A stretch of DNA of 56,142 bases, filler included, from Deltaproteobacteria bacterium (GTDB lineage Bacteria > Myxococcota > JACRCW01): assembly GCA_016218805.1 (NCBI GenBank). It is 4 parts of 3 records of this genome, joined end to end, with 100 filler letters (N's around TTAATTAATTAA, not from the genome) between each part and the next. Parts side by side here need not be neighbours in the genome. Positions count along the whole stretch, not along the records: positions 12,181 to 37,094 come from JACRCW010000038.1; positions 37,195 to 45,932 come from JACRCW010000038.1; 2 more parts are not named here. One strand, given 5' to 3'. Positions 29,089-38,919 of the stretch are shown one piece after another. The translations under genes were made by a program, and so were the position numbers. How positions within the stretch are numbered: position 1 is the first letter of the stretch; each line of letters opens with the position of its first letter. Below the pieces are notes generated by a model, which had not been told where the DNA came from, searched no databases, and saw nothing but the letters and a program-made list of their open reading frames with translations.

Positions 29089-29430
29089 ATGATCAAGCTG
29101 GTCCTACGCCTTGTCCTCGTCGCCGGCGTGTTCATTGCGGTGAGCCGTTACGTCCCGGGTTTCCGGGTGGCCAACTGGACCACCGCCGTGATTGCGGCCC
29201 TGGTTTTCGGCCTGCTGAACGCGACGGTGAAACCGGTGCTCAAGCTGGTGGCGCTGCCCGTGACGCTGCTGACCCTTGGGCTGTTTGGCCTGGTCATCAA
29301 CGCCGGGCTCATGGCGCTGTGTGCCTTTCTCGTACCCGGCTTCGGTATTGACGGATTCCTGCCCGCGCTCATCGGGTGGTTCCTCGTCAGCGTGGGCAGC
29401 GCGGTCGTCGGCTGGGTCCTGCGCGGCTGA
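29089..29430 (+). CDS. 4-TM phage-holin-family/YvlD-like membrane protein
   Basis: LLNATVKPVLKLVALPVTLLTLGLFGLVINA signature; GGAGG RBS. Confidence 0.85.
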   Translation: MIKLVLRLVLVAGVFIAVSRYVPGFRVANWTTAVIAALVFGLLNATVKPVLKLVALPVTLLTLGLFGLVINAGLMALCAFLVPGFGIDGFLPALIGWFLVSVGSAVVGWVLRG

Positions 29431-29523
29431 CGTCCGCTGGGCCATGGACGTGAGCGTGTCGTCGGACAACACCGACGCGTTCACGCTTGCCAACGCACCC
29501 GGGGCCGGGCAAAGACCGCACCC

Positions 29524-30030
29524 ATGAAGTCCCGGCAGGAAGAACCCACAGAGCTGGAATGGTCACTCGTTGCCAACCTGGAGGCGGTGGCAACCCTGTT
29601 ACGCGGCAGCGCGGCCCGTGACCTGCGCGAGGAATCCCTCACGCCCGGCGGCGTCACCATCCTGGAGCTGGCCCACGGGCAGTCCGGTGCAACGTCGTCA
29701 GGGCTGGCGCAGCTGCTTGGCATCTCACGGCAGGCGACGAGCAAGGCCGTGCAGGGGCTGGTGGCGCAGGGGCTGCTGGAGGCGCGCGTGCACCCCGGTG
29801 ACGCCCGCGCCCTGCGACTGACCGTGACCGTGGCGGGCAAGAAAGCGCTGCAGCGCAGCCGCGCGCGCCGCACCTCCTCCGTGGCGCGCCTGCTGGAGCC
29901 GCTTGGGCCGCGGGACCGCGCGCTGCTGGCAGAGATGCTGGAGCGCGTGCGGTCCGCGGCGCGCGTGGGCCCGGCCCGCATGCCGGACGAGGCCCCGGCG
30001 CCTCCCGCCCTGGAGGACGCCCCGGCCTGA
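29524..30030 (+). CDS. MarR family transcriptional regulator
   Basis: Winged HTH LAQLLGISRQATSKAVQGLVAQGLL...DARA...T.AG. Confidence 0.85.
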   Translation: MKSRQEEPTELEWSLVANLEAVATLLRGSAARDLREESLTPGGVTILELAHGQSGATSSGLAQLLGISRQATSKAVQGLVAQGLLEARVHPGDARALRLTVTVAGKKALQRSRARRTSSVARLLEPLGPRDRALLAEMLERVRSAARVGPARMPDEAPAPPALEDAPA

Positions 30031-30147
30031 TCCCCCTGCGGGGTCACGCAGCGTCGGCGCGGGCGGGCTGGCCACGCCGGAGAGACCTGTGGAAGGATGC
30101 CCTTTCCGGGCGGGGCGCACCGCCGCACCCGGGGGAGTTCCGCACCG

Positions 30148-30894
30148 ATGAAGGTCCAGGTCTTCGGACAGACGGACACGGGCAAGCTGCGCAGCGGCAA
30201 CGAGGACTCCATCCTGGTAGCCCCGCAGTTTGGGCTGGGCGTGGTGTGCGACGGGATGGGCGGCCACGAGGCGGGCGAGGTGGCCAGCAAGACCGCGGTG
30301 GATTCCATCTTTGCTTGGTTCAATGAGGGTGGAGACGACGGCTCCCACTTTGGCCTGGACCCCGCACTGCCCGGCGCCGCGCGCCGCCTGGCCAGCGCCA
30401 TCCTGTACGCGGACCAGGCCATCCGCACCGCGGCGCAGGTGCCCGGCCGCCAGGGCATGGGCACCACCGTCGTCGCGGCCATGGTGGACGGCAACACGCT
30501 GTACGTGGGCCACGCCGGTGACAGCCGCGCGTACATGGGCCGCGGCCGCGCCATGATGCAGGTGACGCAGGACCACTCCGTTGTGGGGGACCTGCTGCGC
30601 GCCGGCATCATCACGGAGGCGCAGGCCGTGCACGTCAAGAAGAACGCCATCACGCGCGCGCTGGGGGTCACGGACAACCTGGTGGTGGACGTGGACGCGG
30701 TGGCGGTGCAACCGGGTGACACGTTCCTGCTGTGCTCTGACGGGCTGCACGGGCTTGTGCCAGACGAAGCCATTGGCGCGCACCTGTGCGGCGGGCAGGA
30801 ACTCCCGGACAGCTGCCGCAACCTCATTGACGCCGCCAACGCCGCCGGCGGGTCCGACAACATCAGCACCGTCCTGTTGCGCGTTGAAGCCTGA
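30148..30894 (+). CDS. PP2C-family Ser/Thr protein phosphatase
   Basis: NEDS, CDGMGGH, GMGTT, GDSRAY, TQDHS, CSDGL, GGSDNIS. Confidence 0.95.
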   Translation: MKVQVFGQTDTGKLRSGNEDSILVAPQFGLGVVCDGMGGHEAGEVASKTAVDSIFAWFNEGGDDGSHFGLDPALPGAARRLASAILYADQAIRTAAQVPGRQGMGTTVVAAMVDGNTLYVGHAGDSRAYMGRGRAMMQVTQDHSVVGDLLRAGIITEAQAVHVKKNAITRALGVTDNLVVDVDAVAVQPGDTFLLCSDGLHGLVPDEAIGAHLCGGQELPDSCRNLIDAANAAGGSDNISTVLLRVEA

Positions 30895-30902
30895 CGCCGG
30901 CC

Positions 30903-33761
30903 TCACCCGCCCAGGCCCAACGCCCCATACGCCTGCAGGTCCACCCCGCCCGCGTCCAGGCCGCGCGCCACACCCAGCCGCAGGGTGACCGGCACAACGT
31001 AGAACGCGTCCACGTCCAGCAGCAGTTCGGCACCTACGCCGCGGCGCAGCTGCGACAGGCGCGGCAGGTCATGGAAGACCAGCCCCTGGTCCAGGAACAC
31101 CAGGCCGCGCACGCGGTCCAGGAACAACGGGACCGTCCAGAAGCCCTGTTGCAATTCCAACAACGGGAAGCGCCACTCCGCCGTCACCAGCAGGTAGCCG
31201 TCACCCACCAGCACGTACTGCGGGTAACCCCGCAGCCACGCCCCGGCAAACGCAGGAAACGCGAACGACGGCGGGCCGCCCAGGAAGTACGCGCGGCGCG
31301 CCCACGGAGCCCCGCGGGCCACCCCGCCAAACACGGCCAGATGCCACACGTGGCGCGCGAGCAGCGGGACCTCCAGGTATTCGCGGTATTCGGCGTCCAG
31401 CTCCAGGGTCTCTTCACGGTTGATGAGGAGCGGATGGCCCACGCGCGCCCGCACGGCCACGCGCCGACCCCGCTCCGCCGACACGCTGTCCCGGAACGCG
31501 CGCGTACTGGCGTACGCGTATCCCAACGAAAGATATCCGCCGGGCCCCTGCTCCGGCAGCCGCGGGGCGGGCCCGTCCGGACGCAACACCGGCTCGGTGC
31601 GCCGGTGCCGCAGCGCCATCCCGTAGGCCACGGACACGTCGTGCGCCACGCGGTAACGGAACAGCGGCAGTGAGACGCCCGCCTCCGCGCGCACCACGTC
31701 CTCCACCAGCTGGCCGCGCACAAAGTTGCCCAGCGCGGAGGAAGGCGTGCGCGCCAGCGCCCCGGATGCGGACAGCAACACCGGCAGCGGCAACCGCGTC
31801 CACCGGTAGGCGAGCGACCACGCGTAGTCCCCCGACGGGATGGCCACGCGCGCGTCCGCTTCATACGCGTGGTAGCCGACGAGATCCTCACCGCTCACGG
31901 TGGCGCCCAGCGTCAGCCCGAACAGCGAGTCCACGCGGATGACGGGCCGCCAGTAGCGCGGCCACAGCGTCTCCCACGGCGTGTACGGCTCGGGGCCCCA
32001 CGTCGCCACCGCCGGCAGCGGCGCCGCCGCCGGACGGGTGGGCGGCGGGTCCGCAGGTGGCAACTGCGCCGGGAACAGCGGCGTCGCGGCAAGATCGTAA
32101 GCATCCGCGCCGAATCCGACGTAGATGAGCGCGTGTTCCTCCTCCAGCGGGAGCGGCATGAATGCGCCGGTGACCACGCGCGTGGCCCGCGTCTGTGCAC
32201 CCGTGCGCAGATCATGACGGTAGATGTCATACACACCCGTGCGGTCCGACGAGAAATACACCGCGTCACCGGCCGCGTTGAACGCGGGGTGCAGGTCCAT
32301 GGCGCGGTCATGCGTCAGCGCGCGCGGTTCAGCCGCACCCGGGTGCAACAGGTACACGTCACGGAAACCCCCCGGCCGCCACGCCGTGAACACCACCGCG
32401 TCCCCGCGCGCGTTGAAGCGCGGCGAGTGGATCTCCGCCACCTCCGGGAACCCGAACACCGGGCGCACCGCGCCCGTTGCGAGGTCCACCAGGACGAGCC
32501 GCGAACGGCCCGTGCGGTTTTCCACCGCGATGGCCGTGCGTCCGTCCGGGTGCACGTCCGGGTCCCGCACGCGCGCCCCCGCGGTGATGCGCGTGACGTC
32601 TCCCGTGGCCAGGTCCGCGCGGAACAGGTCCGCGTACGAATACGTCGTCGCGTACAGCTCCGGCTGCGCAAAGACCACCGCCCGCCCGTCCGGCGTGGGG
32701 GACAGCCCCTGCACGGACTGCACTTCGGTGAGGCGGACCACCTCCGGTGCCTGACCACGACGGGGCCGCGCCACATACAGTCCCGCGCTGTTGTCCGGCG
32801 GCGCGCCGTAGAACACCAGCGCCCCGTCCCGCAGGCGGCGCGGATAGAACACGCTCTGGCCCAGCCCGGTGAGACGGCGCTCCGGCGTGCGGCCCTCCCC
32901 TTCCACGCGCGCCTGCACCGCCAGCGCTTCGCGCGTCAGGTCCAGCCGCCAGGCGTCGTAGAGTTCGCGGTAGCCGCGGCCCTGTGTGTGTTCCTCAAGC
33001 GCCGTGGACAACGCGTACGGCAGCGCCTGTCCCCCGTAGCGGTGCGAGACCTTGCGCAGCACGTCCGCCCCGTAATGGTCCGCTATCCACGTCAGGAAAT
33101 GCCCGCCGTACAGGTATGCGCCGTTGCCTCCGGGGAACGCGCGCCCACCAGAACTCAGCACATCCAGGTCCCACAGGCGCCCATCCAGCGCCGCTGTCCG
33201 CAGGTACATGTCAAACAATGACGAGCGCGCCCGCCCGCCCGTGGTCATGCGCGTTTCCACAAACACCGCAAGTCCCTCAATGAACCACCGCGGCTGCAGC
33301 ATGTTGGGCGGCCACGTCTTGCCAAACACCCAGTTGAACAGCGACGGCACGCCGCGGATGAGGTCCGTGTGCACAATGTGCGTGTATTCGTGGACCACCA
33401 GCGCGCGCGCCCAGTCATCGTGGTCAGACAGGTCACTCATGGACCCCGGCGCGCGCGCAAACAGGCGCACCTGGTTGTATGGCACCGGCGTGGCGGACCC
33501 GTTGGAGGAGTCCGTGTCGTCCGTGAGGAGGAACTGCGTGCGCTCTCCCGGCGCGTAGCCCAGAAACCGCGTCACCGCTTCATGGGATTCCTGGATGGCG
33601 CGCGCCCAGCGTGGGGCGTCGCCCTCAAGGCCGTCGTGGTACGTGAGATCGCAACAGGCCGTGCGCAGCGTGTACCAGCGCCGCAGCGGCGGGGCGGCGG
33701 CCGCCTGCCCCGCCACGAGCGCCAACAGACCGGCCACCAACCACCACCGCCACCGCGTCAT
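30903..33761 (-). CDS. Outer-membrane protein: zincin domain + TolB/WD40-like propeller + Omp85-type barrel
   Basis: Signal peptide; HEYTH...WFIEGLA; PD/PxF propeller repeats; LRGYP and RRGVGAEL barrel motifs. Confidence 0.8.
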   Translation of the reverse strand: MTRWRWWLVAGLLALVAGQAAAAPPLRRWYTLRTACCDLTYHDGLEGDAPRWARAIQESHEAVTRFLGYAPGERTQFLLTDDTDSSNGSATPVPYNQVRLFARAPGSMSDLSDHDDWARALVVHEYTHIVHTDLIRGVPSLFNWVFGKTWPPNMLQPRWFIEGLAVFVETRMTTGGRARSSLFDMYLRTAALDGRLWDLDVLSSGGRAFPGGNGAYLYGGHFLTWIADHYGADVLRKVSHRYGGQALPYALSTALEEHTQGRGYRELYDAWRLDLTREALAVQARVEGEGRTPERRLTGLGQSVFYPRRLRDGALVFYGAPPDNSAGLYVARPRRGQAPEVVRLTEVQSVQGLSPTPDGRAVVFAQPELYATTYSYADLFRADLATGDVTRITAGARVRDPDVHPDGRTAIAVENRTGRSRLVLVDLATGAVRPVFGFPEVAEIHSPRFNARGDAVVFTAWRPGGFRDVYLLHPGAAEPRALTHDRAMDLHPAFNAAGDAVYFSSDRTGVYDIYRHDLRTGAQTRATRVVTGAFMPLPLEEEHALIYVGFGADAYDLAATPLFPAQLPPADPPPTRPAAAPLPAVATWGPEPYTPWETLWPRYWRPVIRVDSLFGLTLGATVSGEDLVGYHAYEADARVAIPSGDYAWSLAYRWTRLPLPVLLSASGALARTPSSALGNFVRGQLVEDVVRAEAGVSLPLFRYRVAHDVSVAYGMALRHRRTEPVLRPDGPAPRLPEQGPGGYLSLGYAYASTRAFRDSVSAERGRRVAVRARVGHPLLINREETLELDAEYREYLEVPLLARHVWHLAVFGGVARGAPWARRAYFLGGPPSFAFPAFAGAWLRGYPQYVLVGDGYLLVTAEWRFPLLELQQGFWTVPLFLDRVRGLVFLDQGLVFHDLPRLSQLRRGVGAELLLDVDAFYVVPVTLRLGVARGLDAGGVDLQAYGALGLGG

Positions 33762-33863
33762 CGGCCACCGCCGCCGCGGAGCGTAGGACCGCACGCCAGC
33801 CGGCCTCAATGCGACGCGGCGGCAGATTTGCGCCGACGACCGAGCAGCGCTGGAGCCTCGTTG

Positions 33864-33883
33864 ACGAACGAACGTTCGTTCGT
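33864..33883. promoter_or_regulatory. Perfect 20-bp palindromic operator overlapping a -35 box
   Basis: ACGAACGAAC|GTTCGTTCGT; TTGACG at 33861-33866; upstream of had. Confidence 0.75.
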
Positions 33884-33928
33884 GTACCTCCCGCCGCGGC
33901 TGTATCCTCCCCACGAAGGAGTCCCCCC

Positions 33929-34990
33929 ATGACCCTCACCGCTTCCGCGTTCTTCCTCGACAAGGCCAAGGAACCCCTGGTGCAGCGCGATCTGGCGCTC
34001 ACCGCCAACCCGGGCGAAGTCCTGCTGGAAGTGCTGGCGTGTGGCGTGTGCCATACGGACCTGGGGTACGCAGACGGCAGCGTGGCCCCCAAGCACGCCC
34101 TGCCGCTGGTGCTGGGTCACGAGATTGTGGGCAAGGTGGTGGAGGCCGGCGCCGGCGCTGAGAGCTGGATGGGCAAGAAGGTGATGGTCCCCGCCGTCAT
34201 GCCGTGCCTGGAGTGCGCGTTCTGCAAGAGCGGCCACCAGGGCATGTGCCCGCACCAGAAAATGCCCGGCAATGACGTGCACGGCGGTTTCTCCACGCAC
34301 GTGGTGGTGCCCGCGCGCACGCTGGTGGACCTCTCCGGCGCGCCCGCGGGCGTGGACCTGCGCGCGCTGTCCGTCGTGGCGGACGCGGTCAGCACCGCGT
34401 GGCAGGCCATGAAGAAGGCCCAGGTGACCACCGGCGACGCGGTGCTGGTCGTCGGTGCTGGCGGCGTGGGCGGCTTCCTCTCGCAGCTGGCCAAGGCGGA
34501 AGGCACGCGCGTGGCGGCCATGGACGTGGATGACCGGCGGCTGGCCGCCCTCAAGGAAGTCTGCGACGTCACCACCGTCAACGTGAAGGACCGCCCGCTC
34601 AAGGACGTGCGCAAGGAAATCCAGGGAATCGTCAAGGGCTGGGAGGTGCCGTCCTTCCGCTGGAAGATCTTTGAGTGCAGCGGCACCACGCCCGGCCAGC
34701 AGCTGGCCTATGCGCTGATGGGCCCCGCGGCCACCATGGTGGTGGTGGGGTTCACGCCGCAGCCCGCGGAGTTCAAGCTGGCCAACATCATGGCGTTTGA
34801 TGCCACGGTGCACGGCACCTGGGGCTGCCCGCCCGCGCGCTACGCCGAAGTGCTGCCACACATCTACGCGGGCCGCGTGAAGTTGGACCCGTTTGTCACG
34901 TACGTCCCCCTGCCTGACGCCAACAAGGTCCTGGACGACATGGCGCACCACCGCCTGGACAAGCGCGCCGTGCTCCTCCCCCATCCGTGA
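33929..34990 (+). CDS. had: 6-hydroxycyclohex-1-ene-1-carbonyl-CoA dehydrogenase
   Basis: Zn-ADH motifs CGVCHTD, GHE, C..C..C...C; QKMPGNDVHGGF; WKIFECSG; GTWGCPP; clustered with oah and dch. Confidence 0.9.
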   Translation: MTLTASAFFLDKAKEPLVQRDLALTANPGEVLLEVLACGVCHTDLGYADGSVAPKHALPLVLGHEIVGKVVEAGAGAESWMGKKVMVPAVMPCLECAFCKSGHQGMCPHQKMPGNDVHGGFSTHVVVPARTLVDLSGAPAGVDLRALSVVADAVSTAWQAMKKAQVTTGDAVLVVGAGGVGGFLSQLAKAEGTRVAAMDVDDRRLAALKEVCDVTTVNVKDRPLKDVRKEIQGIVKGWEVPSFRWKIFECSGTTPGQQLAYALMGPAATMVVVGFTPQPAEFKLANIMAFDATVHGTWGCPPARYAEVLPHIYAGRVKLDPFVTYVPLPDANKVLDDMAHHRLDKRAVLLPHP

Positions 34991-35020
34991 AATCCACCTC
35001 TTTCTCAACGGAGAAACGCC

Positions 35021-36148
35021 ATGGAACTCAACAACCATGAACTCGTCCCCGAGCACCGCTTCAAGCACATCCGCTATGAGGAGAAACCCGTCCTGATGCG
35101 TGACGGCAAGGAAGCGCCGGGCCTGCACCAGGTGTGGATCTCGCTGGACAACGAAAAGCAGCTCAACAGCTACACCACCGAGGCCGTCAAGGATGTCATC
35201 CTGGCGTTCCGCCGCGCGTCCATGGACCGGCGCGCCGTGGCCGTGGTCTTCACCGCGGTGGGGAACAAGGCGTTCTGCACCGGCGGCAATACCGCGGAAT
35301 ACGCCACCTATTACGCCAACCGCCCGCTGGAATACGGGCAATACATGCGCCTGTTCAATGACATGGTGACGGGCATCCTGCTGTGTGACAAGCCCGTCAT
35401 CTGCCGCGTCAACGGCATGCGCATCGCCGGTGGCCAGGAAATCGGCATGGCGTGTGACTTCACCGTGGCGGGGGACCACGCGCGGTTTGGCCAGGCCGGC
35501 CCCGTGCACGGCTCAGCACCGGACGGCGGCGCCACGGACTTCCTGCACCTGTATGTCGGCGTCGCCCGCGCGGCGGAATCGCTTTCATTGTGCGAGCCGT
35601 GGAGCGCCCACCGCGCCATGGCGTACGGTCTCATCAACGACCTGGTGCCCGTCTACAAGGACAAGGCCGGCAACTACGCGCCCAACCCGATGATTGTCAC
35701 CGACAAGCAGACCGACGCCACCGGCCGCTACGTCTACGGCGAGTTCAAGACGGGCAAGGACGCGGAGAAGGGCAAGGCCGAACTGGAACTGCTCACCGTG
35801 GACCTGGGCAACCTGGACACCGCGGTGAACAAGCTGGTCACCAAGCTGATGTACACGTTCCCGGACTGCACGCGCCGCACGTTGGAGAGCCTGCGCCGCA
35901 AGAAGCTGGAGCAGTGGTTTGCCAACATGGAGCAGAGCCGCAGCTGGCTCTCCCTCAACCAGAACACCGAGGGCGCGGCCGGCTTCCCGGCGTTCCACTT
36001 TGGTGACCGCAATGAGCGCGAGATTGACTTTGTGAAGCTGCGCACGCGCCTGGCCGAGGGCGCGCGGTTTGACGACAAGCTGGTGGAAGAGGTCCTGCCC
36101 CCGTCCGCGCGGGCCAGGTGGCTTGAGGCGCGGGGAGGGAAGAAGTGA
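35021..36148 (+). CDS. oah: 6-oxocyclohex-1-ene-1-carbonyl-CoA hydrolase
   Basis: Crotonase fold with NSYTT, AFCTGGNTAEYA, VNGMRIAGGQEIGMACD, GQAGPVHGSAP. Confidence 0.93.
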   Translation: MELNNHELVPEHRFKHIRYEEKPVLMRDGKEAPGLHQVWISLDNEKQLNSYTTEAVKDVILAFRRASMDRRAVAVVFTAVGNKAFCTGGNTAEYATYYANRPLEYGQYMRLFNDMVTGILLCDKPVICRVNGMRIAGGQEIGMACDFTVAGDHARFGQAGPVHGSAPDGGATDFLHLYVGVARAAESLSLCEPWSAHRAMAYGLINDLVPVYKDKAGNYAPNPMIVTDKQTDATGRYVYGEFKTGKDAEKGKAELELLTVDLGNLDTAVNKLVTKLMYTFPDCTRRTLESLRRKKLEQWFANMEQSRSWLSLNQNTEGAAGFPAFHFGDRNEREIDFVKLRTRLAEGARFDDKLVEEVLPPSARARWLEARGGKK

Positions 36149-36930
36149 TGGCCGCGGATTCCGGCGTCAAGACTGAGTTGCTGGCCGACGGCGGCGTGCT
36201 GCGCATCCTCATTGACGCGGGGAAGGGGAACATCCTGACCCGCGCCGTGATGGAGGGCATCCGCGCCGCCCTGGACCAGCACGCCAATGATCCCGCGCTG
36301 CGGATGGTGTTCCTGCGCGGGGCCAACGGGCACTTCTCCTTTGGTGCGTCAGTACCCGAGCACAAGAAGGACGAAGCGCCCGGGATGCTCCGCTCATTCC
36401 ACGCGCTGGCCCGCGCGGTGTACGCCTACCCGGTTCCGGTGGTGTCGCTCGTCGAGGGGAAGTGCCTTGGCGGCGCACTGGAGCTGGTGGCGTGCGGGCA
36501 CCTGGTCTTCTGCACGGCCAACGCAGCGTTTGCCTGCCCGGAGATCAAACTCGGCGTATTCCCCCCGGTCCTTGCCGCCCTGGGTGCGCAGCGTCTGGGC
36601 GCACCGCTGGCGGAACGCATGGTGATGACCGGCGCGGAGATTGACGCAAAGCAGGCGCTTGCGGCTGGCTTTGTGACGGACCTGGTGGACGGTGACCCGG
36701 AGGAGGCCCTGATGAAGTGGTACAAGGGCAACCTCCACGGGCTGTCCGCCTTCAGCCTCCGCCAGGCCACCCTGGCGGTGCGCACGGACAGCGGCGCGGT
36801 GGACGCGTTCACGGACGCGCTGGCCGCGGCGGAGAAGCGGTACCTGGGACCGCTGCTGCACAGTCAGGACGGAAACGAGGGCATTGAAGCGTTCCTGGCC
36901 AAGCGTGCACCGGCGTGGAGGCATGCGTGA
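36145..36930 (+). CDS. dch: Cyclohexa-1,5-diene-1-carbonyl-CoA hydratase
   Basis: HFSFGASVPEH, CLGGALE, PEIKLGVFPP; operon context. Confidence 0.85.
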   Translation: MMAADSGVKTELLADGGVLRILIDAGKGNILTRAVMEGIRAALDQHANDPALRMVFLRGANGHFSFGASVPEHKKDEAPGMLRSFHALARAVYAYPVPVVSLVEGKCLGGALELVACGHLVFCTANAAFACPEIKLGVFPPVLAALGAQRLGAPLAERMVMTGAEIDAKQALAAGFVTDLVDGDPEEALMKWYKGNLHGLSAFSLRQATLAVRTDSGAVDAFTDALAAAEKRYLGPLLHSQDGNEGIEAFLAKRAPAWRHA

Positions 36931-37094
36931 CGGGGGAGCGCAGGACACGGCGCGGCGGGCGCACGGCTCCGGAAGCCCGGGCCCAGACCCGCGTTGAAAT
37001 CCTGGAGGCCGCGGCGGAGGCCATTGCCCGCCGCGGCTTCTGGGGCATGTCCATGCGTGACCTGGCCAAGCACATGGGCCGCGGCCTCGCCAGC
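36927..37094 (+). CDS. TetR family regulator (3' truncated)
   Basis: EILEAAAEAIARRGF.GMSMRDLAK.MG...AS HTH; GTGA overlap with dch. Confidence 0.85.
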
Positions 37095-37194
37095 NNNNNN
37101 NNNNNNNNNNNNNNNNNNNNNNNNNNNNNNNNNNNNNNTTAATTAATTAANNNNNNNNNNNNNNNNNNNNNNNNNNNNNNNNNNNNNNNNNNNN
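37095..37194. other. Assembly linker
   Basis: N-run with TTAATTAATTAA. Confidence 0.98.
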
Positions 37195-37865
37195 GGGACA
37201 CGGGAGTCGGGATCCCCAAGGAGAACATGGACCGCGTGTTTGACCCCTTTTTCACCACCAAGGGCGTCGGCAAGGGTACCGGTCTCGGGCTCTCCATATG
37301 CAAGCACCTGGTGACGGAGTTGGGCGGTGACATCCGCGTGGAGAGCGCCGTCGGCTGGGGCACGCGCTTTCTCGTACGGCTGCCTATTGCCAACGCAGAA
37401 CTGAAGGAGGCACCAGCGCCGGACAACGCGGGCGTCCCGGCGGAACGCGGACCGCGGGGGAGGATCCTGCTGGTGGATGACGAGGCGCCAATCTGCAAGG
37501 CCATCAACCGGTTGCTGGGTGTTGACCATGACGTCACCATTGCGCCCTCCGGGGAAGCGGCCCAGGCCATCCTGGGTCAGGATCCCTCCTTTGACGTGAT
37601 CCTCTGCGACCTGATGATGCCGGGAATCACGGGCATGGAATTGCACGCATGGCTCGCGCAGCGCGACCCCGCGACCGCCAGCCGGGTGGTGTTCCTCACC
37701 GGCGGCGCCTTCACGCCACGCGCCGCCGCGTACCTGGCCAGCGCGGGCAACCCCACCATCAGCAAGCCGTTCGACCCCGCCGCGCTGCGCGAACTCGTGG
37801 CAGAACGGGTGCGGGGCGAGCATGACCGGGCAACTGTGCGGGAACCGGTTCCAGTGAAGCAGTAA
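37195..37865 (+). CDS. Hybrid sensor histidine kinase, HATPase + receiver (5' truncated)
   Basis: DTGVGI, FDPFFTTK...GTGLGL; VDDE...CDLMMP...KPF. Confidence 0.9.
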
Positions 37866-37974
37866 CATCGCCCGGTGCGGTGAAGAACTGGGGTTCTCAA
37901 CGTCAGCGGCGTGCGGCTGAATGCCCCAATCCCAGAGAAACGTGACCCAGTCACGCGCCAGGCGACCACGCTCG

Positions 37975-38376
37975 TCAAAGGCCAAGGAGCGGGGCCCCAG
38001 GGCGCTGGGTCATTCCCAGCAACCGCTCGACCCCGCCCACCAACTCCGACGTGTCGCACGCCTTCGGGAACACGTGGCATACCTCGCCCAGATGCAACGC
38101 CTGCTGCACGCGGTGGTCTCCCGGCACGGCGGTGAACAACGCCACGGCGCCGGTGAAACCGCGTCCGCGCAGCGTCCCGGCAAGCTGTGCGCCCGTCATC
38201 ACTGGCATGTGGAAGTCGGACAGCACCAGGTCCACGGTTTCCTGTTCCACCACCCGCAGTGCCTCCAGGCCACCCGCCGCCGCCAACACCCGCCAACGGC
38301 CCCGCAGCAAGCGCACCAGCGTACGCAGCAGGACTTCGTCGTCATCTACCACCAGCACGGTGCGCGTGCCCTGCAT
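37975..38376 (-). CDS. Single-domain response regulator
   Basis: VVDDDE, LSDFHMP, FTA and K motifs. Confidence 0.8.
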   Translation of the reverse strand: MQGTRTVLVVDDDEVLLRTLVRLLRGRWRVLAAAGGLEALRVVEQETVDLVLSDFHMPVMTGAQLAGTLRGRGFTGAVALFTAVPGDHRVQQALHLGEVCHVFPKACDTSELVGGVERLLGMTQRPGAPLLGL

Positions 38377-38383
38377 GCTTGCT

Positions 38384-38422
38384 CCAACCCTACGCTTAGG
38401 TAGGCGGCAGCCAACCCTACGC
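38384..38422. promoter_or_regulatory. Direct repeat CCAACCCTACGC x2 in a divergent intergenic region (putative XRE operator)
   Basis: Copies at 38384-38395 and 38411-38422; CCTAC-N6-GTAGG dyad. Confidence 0.45.
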
Positions 38423-38486
38423 AAGCGTCCTTATGCCGTCAACGCCCACGGCTCTATGTGATGCGCCGGAAAGGCGCGGTGGAGGC

Positions 38487-38846
38487 GTGGCATCGCTGGC
38501 ACGGGAGTTCGGCACCAGACTCAGGCAGGCCCGGGAGGCCTGTCAGTTCACCCAGGCGGAGCTGGCCGAGCGCGCTGCGCTCGCCACGGAGGCGTACGGC
38601 CGCCTGGAACGCGGCCTCGCCCTGCCGCGCGTGGAGACGCTCATCCGACTTGCCCGGGCCCTGGGCGTGTCCACCGATGCGCTGCTGGGCGTGGATGCGT
38701 TGCCCCTCACCGCCGCCCAGCCGGCGGTGCGCTACAAGACCCCGCCCGCCAGCGCGGAGCGGCTCGCCCGGCGCGTGCGGGCCGCGCAGCGGCGAACCGA
38801 GCGGTTGGTTGATGAGCTCGTTGCTGCGTTGAGCAGGCGCCGCTGA
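38487..38846 (+). CDS. XRE-family HTH regulator
   Basis: LRQARE...TQAELAER...YGRLERG...P...L.RLARALGVS.D.LLG; start uncertain. Confidence 0.88.
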   Translation: MASLAREFGTRLRQAREACQFTQAELAERAALATEAYGRLERGLALPRVETLIRLARALGVSTDALLGVDALPLTAAQPAVRYKTPPASAERLARRVRAAQRRTERLVDELVAALSRRR

Positions 38847-38919
38847 ACCGCCACGGAATGCGAGGCGGTTGCGCGGCGGGGGCTGGGCGCGGGCGTCCAG
38901 CGCGTGGGAATCACCGGGC

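Noticed and set aside
29089..29430. Holin as evidence of a prophage
   Set aside because: The YvlD-like 4-TM family is commonly chromosomal and no phage genes are nearby.
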